Positions 6,254 through 15,511 of a DNA stretch of 20,000 nt are shown here, piece after piece (position 1 is the first letter of the stretch; each line of letters starts with the position of its first letter). The notes below the pieces were generated by a model. The model had not been told where the DNA came from and made no database searches. It saw nothing but the letters and a program-made list of their open reading frames with translations. The DNA comes from an uncultured virus (IMG/VR IMGVR_UViG_3300042540_000426). Its lineage: Duplodnaviria; Heunggongvirae; Uroviricota; Caudoviricetes. The DNA is taken from IMG/VR virus record IMGVR_UViG_3300042540_000426. One strand, 5' to 3'. The position numbers were made by a program, and so were the translations under genes.

Positions 6254-7669
6254 ATGCAGACAATCCTAGAAGTATGGCGTGACTACAACGCACGCCGCCT
6301 TGACCGCCCAACAATGTGGTCAAGAGATGAGGTGCGCCAAGTTACACGCGACACCATGATTCGCAACATCAACAAAAGCAACGCAGCCCCATCAAATCAA
6401 CGCCGACCCGCAAATTGGTATGGCGAGAATGGTCGCAACATTCGGCGTGAGTTTGGTAGGGGTTTCGCTTCGGCTATTCAAGACAAGGACTACGAGGAGT
6501 GCATTGACTTGCTTGAAGCCACTGCGTTTTGGGCAATCAAAGAATACTCCACAACAGATTGGGTAGACTTAATCAGAACCAAATGCGACACAGACTATAT
6601 CCACTCCTGTGATGATTGCGGACACATTGACCACGCAGATAGGGGTTCGTGGGCATACGACGATAACTGGATATGCGACTCCTGCATTGAGGACAACTAT
6701 CGGTGGTCAGACAACCGCGAAACCTACATCACAGTCGATGACTGGCATGAGGAGAATGACGAGCAAGAGGAAGACGAGGATAGGGAAGACTACATCATCG
6801 GCGACTACCACGATAGCAAGAGTGTGGTCGGGCATATCCCATCTAGTTACGACGAGCGTAAGCCTAGGATTTTATTGGGTATGGAGTTAGAGGTCGAGGT
6901 CAACGACGAATACAGTCGCACTGACAAGGCGCAAGAACTCTACGACTCAATCAAATACACCACCGCCAAAGACGGCATCACCCATCAATACTGTTTCATC
7001 GAGCATGACGGCTCACTCAATCGTGGCTTTGAGATAGTTACGGGGTATACGGGTCTTGATGTTCACGCCAAGCAACTCGAGTTCTTCAAGAAACCATGGC
7101 GGGGTGTGCGTAGCCATGACACTCGGACTTGTGGGCTTCATGTGCATATCGACAAGCGTGGGGTCAGCCTGTTTCATGCGTGCAAGATGGTGTTCTTCAT
7201 CAACGACAGCAATAATCAGAAGCTAATCAAGGACATAGCGCGTCGGGCTAACGCAGACTACGCACAGATTAAGAACAAGAAGGCGTCGTATCAATGGCTC
7301 AAACAAGCCAAGAAAAGCCACAACCCACTTAACTGCCTCAACGAAGAACGGCGTGAGGCGTTGAACTTTCAGAACGAGGACACCATCGAGTTCCGCTTGT
7401 TCAAGGGCACGCTACGCTACGAAACCATCATGGCTTGTCTTGAGTTCACCTATGCCACATGGTTCTTCACACGGGACACAGGGGTCAACGAGTTGACCAC
7501 ACCCAACTTCATCAACTTCATATGCCAACCCCAAAACAGGGACTCAACCAAGTTCCTGCGTGCATACCTCAAGGAGAAGAACTACTCGCTACCCAAACTA
7601 GCCTTGGTCAAACCCAACCCCCGCTTTGATGACTACAAACCACAGCCACCCGAGTCACTCGCCGCGTAA
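6254..7669 (+). CDS. Putative amidoligase (COOH-NH2 ligase, glutamine synthetase/GCS fold)
   Basis: GMELEVE, HDGSL..GFEIVT, TCGLHVHI and LNF...TIEFRLFKGT motifs; N-terminal CxxC...CxxC and an acidic linker. Confidence 0.85.
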   Translation: MQTILEVWRDYNARRLDRPTMWSRDEVRQVTRDTMIRNINKSNAAPSNQRRPANWYGENGRNIRREFGRGFASAIQDKDYEECIDLLEATAFWAIKEYSTTDWVDLIRTKCDTDYIHSCDDCGHIDHADRGSWAYDDNWICDSCIEDNYRWSDNRETYITVDDWHEENDEQEEDEDREDYIIGDYHDSKSVVGHIPSSYDERKPRILLGMELEVEVNDEYSRTDKAQELYDSIKYTTAKDGITHQYCFIEHDGSLNRGFEIVTGYTGLDVHAKQLEFFKKPWRGVRSHDTRTCGLHVHIDKRGVSLFHACKMVFFINDSNNQKLIKDIARRANADYAQIKNKKASYQWLKQAKKSHNPLNCLNEERREALNFQNEDTIEFRLFKGTLRYETIMACLEFTYATWFFTRDTGVNELTTPNFINFICQPQNRDSTKFLRAYLKEKNYSLPKLALVKPNPRFDDYKPQPPESLAA

Positions 7670-7704
7670 CAACCACAAACTAAATCAAACGAAAGGAAAA
7701 GCAT

Positions 7705-8724
7705 ATGTGTTTATTAGTTACCCAATCCGCAACTTCTCCACAACTTACTGCCAAATGGCTGACTGACTTTCATGAGTCCAACGCTGATGGTGTCGGTGTC
7801 ATGTATGTAGAGAACGGCGAGTTAATCGTAGAGAAACTGCTACCCAAGAACCCCTCCGACTTAATAACTTTCTATCACGCCCACATCGAGGGGCGCGACT
7901 GTGCGTTTCACCTACGCATGAAGACCCATGGGCATATCGACATGGAGAACTGCCACCCATACGAGGTGCTGAATAAGCAAGAGCATGGCATTGACCTATG
8001 GCTGATGCACAACGGCGTGTTGCATACCGACAACAAGGCAGACATTACTAAGTCCGATACATGGCATTACATTCGTGACTACCTACGCCCCATGCTTAAC
8101 AACAACCCTGACTTTGCCTTTCACCCCGCCTTTGCTGAGTTGATTGGTGAGCATATCGGCACAGGCAACAAGTTCGTGCTGATGGACAACCTAGGTAGGC
8201 AGGTGATTATCAATGAAGAACAGGGTGTGTATTGGGGTGGGCGTTGGCTGTCCAATACCTACGCTTGGTCTGCCCCTGCGGGTATTTCTAGTTCTGTTGT
8301 TGATGATGTGGCGGACATGAAGTTAGCGGTTGAGCAAATCGCCACAGACCCAGTGGTTTACAAATACACAGGGCACTACCCATACGCATCATGGGACTAC
8401 GACGGCGAGATTTATGGCGGTTACAACTCAACCTACAAATCTGCATACAACGACCTTGACGCACAGGCTGAGGAAGACCTTGAGATTGACGACATCTTGA
8501 TTGAGTTGGAGTTGGCAGGGTTTGCTCGTGCGGGTGGGCTAAGTCGCAGACAAGCGGGTGAGTTCGTGCGTAAGTTTGGTGTTGACGCGTTTTACGAGGT
8601 GTCTTACATGGTGATGGACGAAGCCATTGATGAGGATTGGTATGTGCGCATCATGTCTGATTTTGCAACGGCACGCGAGTGCTTCCCATGGTTGGAGAAA
8701 GAGAGTAAGCAAGTATGGAATTGA
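7705..8724 (+). CDS. Class II (Ntn) glutamine amidotransferase
   Basis: Catalytic Cys2 (MCLL), N.DGVG, HLRMKTHG, NCHPY, HNG and SDT motifs; acidic C-terminal extension. Confidence 0.9.
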   Translation: MCLLVTQSATSPQLTAKWLTDFHESNADGVGVMYVENGELIVEKLLPKNPSDLITFYHAHIEGRDCAFHLRMKTHGHIDMENCHPYEVLNKQEHGIDLWLMHNGVLHTDNKADITKSDTWHYIRDYLRPMLNNNPDFAFHPAFAELIGEHIGTGNKFVLMDNLGRQVIINEEQGVYWGGRWLSNTYAWSAPAGISSSVVDDVADMKLAVEQIATDPVVYKYTGHYPYASWDYDGEIYGGYNSTYKSAYNDLDAQAEEDLEIDDILIELELAGFARAGGLSRRQAGEFVRKFGVDAFYEVSYMVMDEAIDEDWYVRIMSDFATARECFPWLEKESKQVWN

Positions 8725-8840
8725 TACTGATTGATGTTGGTAGTTGGCTGATAGCGATTGGTCTGACGCTTGGCTTCATTGTGTTTGGGGCATGGGCTAT
8801 CTCTGTTTTGATTGATGTCTTTTTGGGAGAAAGAAAATGA
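8715..8840 (+). CDS. Membrane microprotein (41 aa)
   Basis: MELILIDVGSWLIAIGLTLGFIVFGAWAISVLIDVFLGERK; fills the gap and its stop overlaps the next start (ATGA). Confidence 0.65.
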   Translation: MELILIDVGSWLIAIGLTLGFIVFGAWAISVLIDVFLGERK

Positions 8841-9067
8841 GTGACTTAGTTTTATTGATAGCAATTACATGGGCGTGCCTGATGACGGGCATAGCCCTGC
8901 ATTTCCACAACGCGTATCACAAATCAATGCAAGGCGGTGCGCGTCTGTTGCAGATGCTAATAGGTCTAGGCACAGGCTCAGCCAAGATTGAGAAGAAAGC
9001 CGATGGCTCAGTTGTATTTGAAGATGATGAACACAAAATCGTGATGATGAAAGGAGAACAAGCATGA
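8837..9067 (+). CDS. Small protein with an N-terminal transmembrane helix
   Basis: LVLLIAITWACLMTGIAL; GGGAG RBS; ATGA overlaps at both ends. Confidence 0.75.
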   Translation: MSDLVLLIAITWACLMTGIALHFHNAYHKSMQGGARLLQMLIGLGTGSAKIEKKADGSVVFEDDEHKIVMMKGEQA

Positions 9068-9573
9068 ACCCAGCAATAAATGAAATGCCAGTAACACAAG
9101 AAGAAGACGAGGCGATGGACGCCTTGTGTCGGTTGGCAACAGGCAGACCCATGTTGGAGATAAACCCAACGACACAAGACATACTCAACAACATAGCCAT
9201 ACCACAACCCACGCCCGACATTGGCACAATCATCAACACTATCTGTGCACAACTACAACTCTTGACTACGGTCATCAAGCAAAACCAAGGGAATTCCCTG
9301 AACGCGGAAGACCAATCCCTGCAAGAGTGCGTGAACCTCACGCTACAACAAGCGGGGTGGTTCAAAGAGATGGTCAAAGAAGTTATTGATGATGTGGATA
9401 TGGAATATGAAATTGAAAGTGCCGTTGAGTCTTACTTTAGCAACTCGTTCAGCCTTGATGACCATGTAGATATTACCGCAGAGGTTGAGAACAGAATCGA
9501 GGAGATTGTTGAAGAGCAACTAGCAGACATAGTTTCAGATAAGTTGCGCAACTTGCGTATTACATTTGACTAA
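9064..9573 (+). CDS. Acidic hypothetical protein (169 aa)
   Basis: AAAGGAG RBS; D/E-rich helical C-terminal half. Confidence 0.8.
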   Translation: MNPAINEMPVTQEEDEAMDALCRLATGRPMLEINPTTQDILNNIAIPQPTPDIGTIINTICAQLQLLTTVIKQNQGNSLNAEDQSLQECVNLTLQQAGWFKEMVKEVIDDVDMEYEIESAVESYFSNSFSLDDHVDITAEVENRIEEIVEEQLADIVSDKLRNLRITFD

Positions 9574-9582
9574 GGAGGGCGT

Positions 9583-10035
9583 ATGCCAAGCACGTGTAGG
9601 TTTATGGATTTATACAAAGGCGACAACGAGTGGCTCGCAGGAGAAAAACCAACTGACCCGCAAGAGTTAGGCGAGTGGCACATTGCGTGGGCTAAGTTGC
9701 GAAAAGACTGCGAGCATCAAATACTTTTTGTTGAAGAGATGTATAACAACCAAGAGTATGGCGACAAACCCGAATGGGTTGACGTGACGCTAAAAGATGA
9801 GGGCGTGCTTTTATTCAAAATGGCACGCGGTGTTGTCAAATCAATCGACGCAAACTCAATTACATACAGCAATGAAAAATATTTTCACGCCACTGCAAGT
9901 GATGAATTTAGGATTGGCTTTTCAAAACTTAGCATAAGCGAACATGGTGCATTTGTAACGCTGTATGAAAGCGATAGCGCTGAAGAAATAGAAGTAAACA
10001 TCACCGAGTTTTTTAACCAAACGATAGGAGAGTAA
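9583..10035 (+). CDS. Hypothetical protein (150 aa)
   Basis: TAAGGAGG RBS; operon-like packing. Confidence 0.8.
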   Translation: MPSTCRFMDLYKGDNEWLAGEKPTDPQELGEWHIAWAKLRKDCEHQILFVEEMYNNQEYGDKPEWVDVTLKDEGVLLFKMARGVVKSIDANSITYSNEKYFHATASDEFRIGFSKLSISEHGAFVTLYESDSAEEIEVNITEFFNQTIGE

Positions 10036-11015
10036 TGATGGTAATGACATACCAACAAGTAGTAGAGAAGTTCAACGACATCAAGAAGCCACCACGCAGT
10101 AAGAAATACAACGAGTTTCAACGCCCACTACGCAGGGTCTCAGAGAACTGGCTGATGTTGCAGAAAGACCCACACAGTTACGTATTCAAACTGTGCAACA
10201 CAGAGGCGGTGCGGTATCTCGAGCCTGAGTGCAACGACAAGTTCCAAGTGGCGTTGCGTGGCATGACAAGCACCTACGACGAGCAACAGATGTGGCGCTA
10301 TACACGCTTTCATAGTCACAACAAGTTGGCAACAATACATGGCACACACGTTATAGTTCCACTCAACCCCGCATATACGCAACAGGGCAAGGACTTTAGT
10401 GCGGTGCTGACATTCACCAACGCAGGGCTACTGATACCCGAAGAGTCATGGCACGCAGACATTTACTGCTTGCGTTCTACTGACGAGGACAAGGCGCGGC
10501 GCAAGAAACTCAAGGTTGACCTCGAGGCATACATCACGCTTCAGCAGTTCAAATTACAAAGCCTCAAGGAAGAAGCCAAGATTACATACAGGCTCGGTCG
10601 TCCGTTTGCATCGTCGGCGCTGTCGCATGGTGCTCGTGCCAAGATGTTCACATTCCTCAACGAAGACCCGCTACCACTCGACTTGCCTGAGTTCGCCATG
10701 ATGTTTGACGAGGTGGCTCGTGATTGCTTCAACGTGTTGGCAAGTAAGCGGGTATACAACGTCAATCAACGGCTCTTGTATGGTGGTGGTTGGAACAGTA
10801 ACCCAAGCGACGAGGCGGACAAGCGTGAGCAAGCCGAGGACATAGCCCACGAACTGACGCCCGAGGAGTTCAAAGAAAGTCTCACCAACAAGTTGCTGAC
10901 ATTGGCAAATATCAACAAAGGCAGTAACTACGTGCCGATTGGACAGTTTCCCAACGCGTTGCCGAGAACTTATTACTTAGTTGATAAGGGTAATTCCCAA
11001 GGAAAGGGGGTGTAA
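10035..11015 (+). CDS. Hypothetical protein (326 aa)
   Basis: Long ORF; TAGGAG RBS preceded by ACCAAACGA; the exact Met start is uncertain. Confidence 0.85.
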   Translation: MMVMTYQQVVEKFNDIKKPPRSKKYNEFQRPLRRVSENWLMLQKDPHSYVFKLCNTEAVRYLEPECNDKFQVALRGMTSTYDEQQMWRYTRFHSHNKLATIHGTHVIVPLNPAYTQQGKDFSAVLTFTNAGLLIPEESWHADIYCLRSTDEDKARRKKLKVDLEAYITLQQFKLQSLKEEAKITYRLGRPFASSALSHGARAKMFTFLNEDPLPLDLPEFAMMFDEVARDCFNVLASKRVYNVNQRLLYGGGWNSNPSDEADKREQAEDIAHELTPEEFKESLTNKLLTLANINKGSNYVPIGQFPNALPRTYYLVDKGNSQGKGV

Positions 11016-11040
11016 AGTCGTAGCAGTTTCTATAAATTAG

Positions 11041-11051
11041 TATGTTATACT
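11041..11051 (+). promoter_or_regulatory. Extended -10 promoter for the AAA/vWA operon
   Basis: TATGTTATACT in an AT-rich intergenic gap; same class as the promoters at 3431 and 3856. Confidence 0.6.
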
Positions 11052-11094
11052 TTCTAAAAAGCAGTAGTAAATTAAACCAAACGAAGAGGAATAT

Positions 11095-12210
11095 ATGCAA
11101 TTACTAAACTTCAAGCAAGTAAAGCAAGCCGTTAAAGCAGTTGGTCACAAGCGCACCATCATCATTCAAGGTGAGAATGGTGTCGGCAAGACTGGTGTAT
11201 ACCACGCACTCGAGCAAGACCCCGACTTCGCAAACCATGTGGGTGTCAAGCTTGACTGCACGCAGATGTCAGATGGTTCTGTGTGGATGCCCGACATTGA
11301 CAGAGATGCAGGGGTCAGTAGGGAACTACCAAATGAAAGATTTGGGGTGAGCAAACTCAATCAGAAAGGTGTCAATGGTGCGCGCCCATCTCTCGTGTTT
11401 CTTGACGAGATTGCCAAGGCAAAGCAATACATCAAAGACGTTCTTGCGCCGATTGTTTATGAGCGACGTGTTGGTAACTACGAGATGGCTGAGGGTAGCG
11501 TTGTGTTCTGCGCAACTAACTTGGCAGTTGAGGGCTTGGGCGATTCTATCCAAGCGCACTTACGCAACAGGCTAGTGTTCCTCACCATGCGCAAACCAAC
11601 CCAACCCGAGTGGCGTGAGTGGGCTATTGATGCGGGTATCAACCCCATCGTGATTGCTTGCACCGACGAGAACCCACATTGGTTCGACTCGTTCCTTGAC
11701 TACGAGGTAGGTGGCAAGTATGCAGGCAAAGACCAAGCACGTGAGAACGACCTCATCTTCAACCCACGCTTGTCGCAACAGGCATACATCACACCACGCT
11801 CGTTGCACTCAGCTAGCGACATCGTCACAGAGAAAGATGGCTACGACACCGACACATTGCAAGCGCTACTCACAGGCACTATCGGTCGTGCCGGTGCTGA
11901 GATTATGGGTGCGTTCATTCGGTTCGGTGAGGATACCCCTGCGTTTAGCAAGATCGTTTCCTCTCCAAGCACTTGCTCTATCCCAAGCAATCCTGTGGCG
12001 CAGATTATCACCGTCTTGAAATGCGTTACACAAACAAGCACGAGGGAAGAAGCCGAGGCTTGCACCGAGTATGTCATGCGCAACCGCAGAGAACTGCAGT
12101 CAATGTTCTGCAACAACATCGCCAACTCAACACGTGCGTCGTTGTTTGTAACAGTCAAGCCGTTCCAACAGTTGATGCAAGACAACCGCATTTATTTCGC
12201 AACTAAGTAA
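11095..12210 (+). CDS. AAA+ ATPase (MoxR/AAA_5-like)
   Basis: Walker A GENGVGKT, Walker B LVFLDEI, sensor I ATN, Arg finger LRNR, and TPRS. Confidence 0.9.
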   Translation: MQLLNFKQVKQAVKAVGHKRTIIIQGENGVGKTGVYHALEQDPDFANHVGVKLDCTQMSDGSVWMPDIDRDAGVSRELPNERFGVSKLNQKGVNGARPSLVFLDEIAKAKQYIKDVLAPIVYERRVGNYEMAEGSVVFCATNLAVEGLGDSIQAHLRNRLVFLTMRKPTQPEWREWAIDAGINPIVIACTDENPHWFDSFLDYEVGGKYAGKDQARENDLIFNPRLSQQAYITPRSLHSASDIVTEKDGYDTDTLQALLTGTIGRAGAEIMGAFIRFGEDTPAFSKIVSSPSTCSIPSNPVAQIITVLKCVTQTSTREEAEACTEYVMRNRRELQSMFCNNIANSTRASLFVTVKPFQQLMQDNRIYFATK

Positions 12211-12219
12211 GGAAAGAAC

Positions 12220-13431
12220 ATGAGTAAAACATGGGAAAAATTAGATGCACACAACCGCATTATTGCGGTGCACGTAGACATCAGCAACAACGCAGACTTC
12301 GCAGGGTTGTCGGGTGTCGTTTACGTGGGCGACATCAAGTTCGTTACAGAGTGCCCGACTGCAGGCACAGATGGGCGTGATGTTATTTACAACGAGCAGT
12401 TCGTCATGGGCTTGACACGCAAGCAGTTGCGCTTTGTTGTGTTGCATGAGGCTATGCACAAGGCTTTACAACATTGCACCAACTACCAAGCCATCAGCGA
12501 GAAGTATCCCTTGCTTACCAACATGGCGATGGATTACGTAGTCAACGCTACGCTGTTTGAGATTGACCCCAACTTCCAATTCATTGAACGCACCACCGAG
12601 CCTGTGCCTTTGTTCGACCCCAAGTATCAGGGGTGGTCGTTCATTGAGGTGTTGCAGGATTTATTAAAGAATGTGAAAGTAGTTGAAGTAGGCGGTGTTC
12701 AGTATGTTGAGGGCGATGGTCAGGGTCAGCCACTCGACACGCATACCTTTGGCAAGCTACCCAAGGATAGCAAGGAAGCCAACGAGAACGGCAGACAGAT
12801 TGACGACGCACTACGCCAAGGCAAGGTTCTCGCCAACAAGTTGGCAGGTAAGAGGTCAGCCAACAATCCGTTGGACAAGGCAACACAGAAACGTGACACC
12901 AACTGGCGTGAGCATATGCGTGAGTGGATTACTGCCCTGTGTGAAGGCGACGACTATTCTCGCTTTGCCCCACCCAACAAACGTTTGCTACCACAGGGTA
13001 TCGTCATGCCTTCGCATTTCTCAGAGGCAACAGGCGAGTTGATTGTGGCAACCGATACGTCAGGTTCTATGTATGACATCTTGCCTACTGTATTCGGTGA
13101 GATTGCTCGTATCTGCGACAACGTCAGACCCGATGCAGTTCGTGTCATTTGGTGGGACTCAGCAGTATGCGGTGAGCAAGTGTTCAAGCCACATGAATAC
13201 GAGAAGATTGCAGGCTTGCTCAAGCCTAACGGTGGTGGTGGCACTTCACCTGAGTGTGTTGTGCAATACATTACCGAGAAGAAGTATCAGCCCAAGGGTA
13301 TCGTTTGGTTAACAGACGGCTACCTCGACGGCTCTAACTCAGAGACAGGCATGCCTGCGCTTTGGGGTGTGGTTGACAACGACCACTTCACGCCCCCCGA
13401 GGGCAAAGTAGTTCGCATTTATTCGCAGTAA
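12220..13431 (+). CDS. Zn-metallopeptidase-like + vWA domain protein (DUF2201-like)
   Basis: TAGTDG, HEAMH (HExxH), NMAMDYVVN; C-terminal MIDAS DTSGS, GGGGT and LTDGY. Confidence 0.85.
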   Translation: MSKTWEKLDAHNRIIAVHVDISNNADFAGLSGVVYVGDIKFVTECPTAGTDGRDVIYNEQFVMGLTRKQLRFVVLHEAMHKALQHCTNYQAISEKYPLLTNMAMDYVVNATLFEIDPNFQFIERTTEPVPLFDPKYQGWSFIEVLQDLLKNVKVVEVGGVQYVEGDGQGQPLDTHTFGKLPKDSKEANENGRQIDDALRQGKVLANKLAGKRSANNPLDKATQKRDTNWREHMREWITALCEGDDYSRFAPPNKRLLPQGIVMPSHFSEATGELIVATDTSGSMYDILPTVFGEIARICDNVRPDAVRVIWWDSAVCGEQVFKPHEYEKIAGLLKPNGGGGTSPECVVQYITEKKYQPKGIVWLTDGYLDGSNSETGMPALWGVVDNDHFTPPEGKVVRIYSQ

Positions 13432-13454
13432 CTTTCTAACCAAACGAGGAACTT

Positions 13455-13868
13455 ATGAAACAGATCAGAACTTCTGTATTACATGAAAAAGCATTAACCA
13501 ACGCAATCAAACTACTCAACGCTATTGGTGCGCAGTATGCAATCAAAGACGTAGAGGGTAATCTGCATGGCGACTTGACCGCAGTAAGCAAGAAGAGGAA
13601 AGCGCCATCAAAGTATCCGTATGGTTCAATTTCCACATACATCAGACCATACGTTGAGGCGTGCGGGGTAAATCAAACGGTAACTATTCCGATCGGGCAG
13701 TTTGATGTTGACCACATCTATGGGTCTGCATCATCTATGGCTACTAAGCTGTGGGGTAATGGCTGTCACAAAGTTGGCACGACGACCGACAAGAAAGCCG
13801 TTGTTCTTACCCGCACAGAGAAGCTTGACGACCTTGACGATTTGTTCTCACAACTAGGGATTAAATAA
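13455..13868 (+). CDS. Hypothetical protein (137 aa)
   Basis: GAGGA RBS within ACCAAACGAGGAA. Confidence 0.8.
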   Translation: MKQIRTSVLHEKALTNAIKLLNAIGAQYAIKDVEGNLHGDLTAVSKKRKAPSKYPYGSISTYIRPYVEACGVNQTVTIPIGQFDVDHIYGSASSMATKLWGNGCHKVGTTTDKKAVVLTRTEKLDDLDDLFSQLGIK

Positions 13869-14740
13869 TGACACGATACAACATCGACACATGTGCGTTG
13901 CTTGTTGAACTAAGTGTTTCACAATGGACTGCTAGGAAACTAGACAAGTCCACGACTGAGGAACTTGTGAAAGACAAGAACGCACAAGACAAAGGCGCGG
14001 CACGTGTAAACAAACACCTGCTCGCAGGGCGTAGTGAACTAGAAGTTATTAACCAATACGTTACAGAGACTCGTGGCTTTGTGTATGACAACACGTTGCC
14101 ATGGAGTGACTCGGGTATACGCTTGTTGCCAAGCGCTAAGTTCATGGAGTTTAATGACCAGTTACGAGAACGAGAAGATAAGTTTTACGGACTGGTTCAA
14201 GAGTTCGTTACTGTTTACCCATCACTTATTACTGCACAAGCCATGGCTCTTGGAGATATGTTCAACAGAACAGACTACCCGTCTGCGGACGACATCGCAC
14301 ACCGCTTTAGTTTCAACGTCAACTACATGCCCGTCCCTGCATCTGGTGACTTTAGGGTTGACGTGGGCAACGAGGCGCAGAAAGAACTGCAAGAGAAGCT
14401 AGCCAAGCTTGCCGACCAACGTGTCGAGTCAGCTATCAACGGCTTCAAGCAACGGCTTCTCGAGCATCTCAAGCGTATGTCGGACAGGCTAGGTGTTGAC
14501 GTCATCGCAGGCGAAGCTAGACCACGCAAGTTCCACGAGACGTTGCTAGAAAATGCCCATGAGTTGTGTGAGTTGGCTGAGTCTCTCAACATCATCAACG
14601 ACCCGCAGATCGAAGAAGCACGCAAGGCGCTGAAGAAAGCTATCAACGGCGTTGACATCAAGGACTTACGCAAGGACATGGGTGCACGCACCGAGGTCAA
14701 GTCTCAGGTTGATGATATTCTCAACAAGTTTTCTTTTTAA
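13868..14740 (+). CDS. Helical protein resembling the DUF3150 family
   Basis: LVELSVSQWTARKLD, TLPWSDSGIRLLP and DYPS..I..RFSF pattern, recalled from proteins found beside AAA/vWA pairs. The ORF is secure; the family call is tentative. Confidence 0.6.
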   Translation: MTRYNIDTCALLVELSVSQWTARKLDKSTTEELVKDKNAQDKGAARVNKHLLAGRSELEVINQYVTETRGFVYDNTLPWSDSGIRLLPSAKFMEFNDQLREREDKFYGLVQEFVTVYPSLITAQAMALGDMFNRTDYPSADDIAHRFSFNVNYMPVPASGDFRVDVGNEAQKELQEKLAKLADQRVESAINGFKQRLLEHLKRMSDRLGVDVIAGEARPRKFHETLLENAHELCELAESLNIINDPQIEEARKALKKAINGVDIKDLRKDMGARTEVKSQVDDILNKFSF

Positions 14741-14749
14741 GGAGGTAAT

Positions 14750-15040
14750 GTGAACGCATTTAAGACGCAAGCTATTCGTGCCAAGCACAAGGTGACTATG
14801 CCCGAGGAGTATGTATTGGGTATGGTCAGAGCGCTTGAGCCGATTAGCACAACGCGTATTCTTAATCTTGCTGAGAAACAAGATGTCATGTCGCCTGCGA
14901 CTACGCACAAGTATCTCAAGCAGATTGAACGCAAGAAACTTATACACAAAGTCAAGTCCGAAGACCAACGCATGCACGAGTTTGAAACGACAGGCAGAGG
15001 TCTTAGCTTTCTCGAGGAGTTACGTCATGCCTATAGATGA
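14750..15040 (+). CDS. Winged helix-turn-helix protein (MarR-like)
   Basis: GTG start with TAAGGAGG; SPATTHKYLKQIERKKLI recognition helix and DQR...TGRG wing. Confidence 0.7.
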   Translation: MNAFKTQAIRAKHKVTMPEEYVLGMVRALEPISTTRILNLAEKQDVMSPATTHKYLKQIERKKLIHKVKSEDQRMHEFETTGRGLSFLEELRHAYR

Positions 15041-15227
15041 AGCCGAAGTATTGAAGCTGATGCGTGAGAACGCGGCGCTATGCAACCTTGAAGCTGAGGT
15101 TATCTTGGCTCTCAAAGCTAACGCAGTTGGCGATGAACAGATGTTGCAGAATCAAATCCAACAGATCATGCTATGCCTACAACGTATTGATGATGTGCGC
15201 AGACGTTACGGCAAGGAGGATGCATGA
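15027..15227 (+). CDS. Small helical hypothetical protein (66 aa)
   Basis: MPIDEAEVLK... with a GAGGAG RBS; corrected start relative to the track ORF at 14811. Confidence 0.7.
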   Translation: MPIDEAEVLKLMRENAALCNLEAEVILALKANAVGDEQMLQNQIQQIMLCLQRIDDVRRRYGKEDA

Positions 15228-15511
15228 CCCCCGAGGCTAAAGTAAAGAAGAGGGTAGTCAATGTTCTTAAAGAAAACGGCGCTTACTATTTTTTCCCTGC
15301 TACTGGTGGCTATGGGCGTAGTGGGGTTCCTGATATTGTTGGTTGTTATCGGGGTGTGTTCTTTGGTATTGAGTGTAAAGCAGGCAGTAACAAGCCTACT
15401 GCACTACAAGAAGCCGAGATGCGCAAGATACGTGAAGCGAATGGAATAACACTCGTTGTCAACGAGGACAACATTGACGACGTAAAGATTATGTTAAGGG
15501 ATATATCATGA
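15224..15511 (+). CDS. VRR-NUC / Holliday junction resolvase-like nuclease
   Basis: PEAKVK, GVPDIV, IECKAG and PTALQ: a PD-(D/E)xK signature. Confidence 0.85.
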   Translation: MTPEAKVKKRVVNVLKENGAYYFFPATGGYGRSGVPDIVGCYRGVFFGIECKAGSNKPTALQEAEMRKIREANGITLVVNEDNIDDVKIMLRDIS

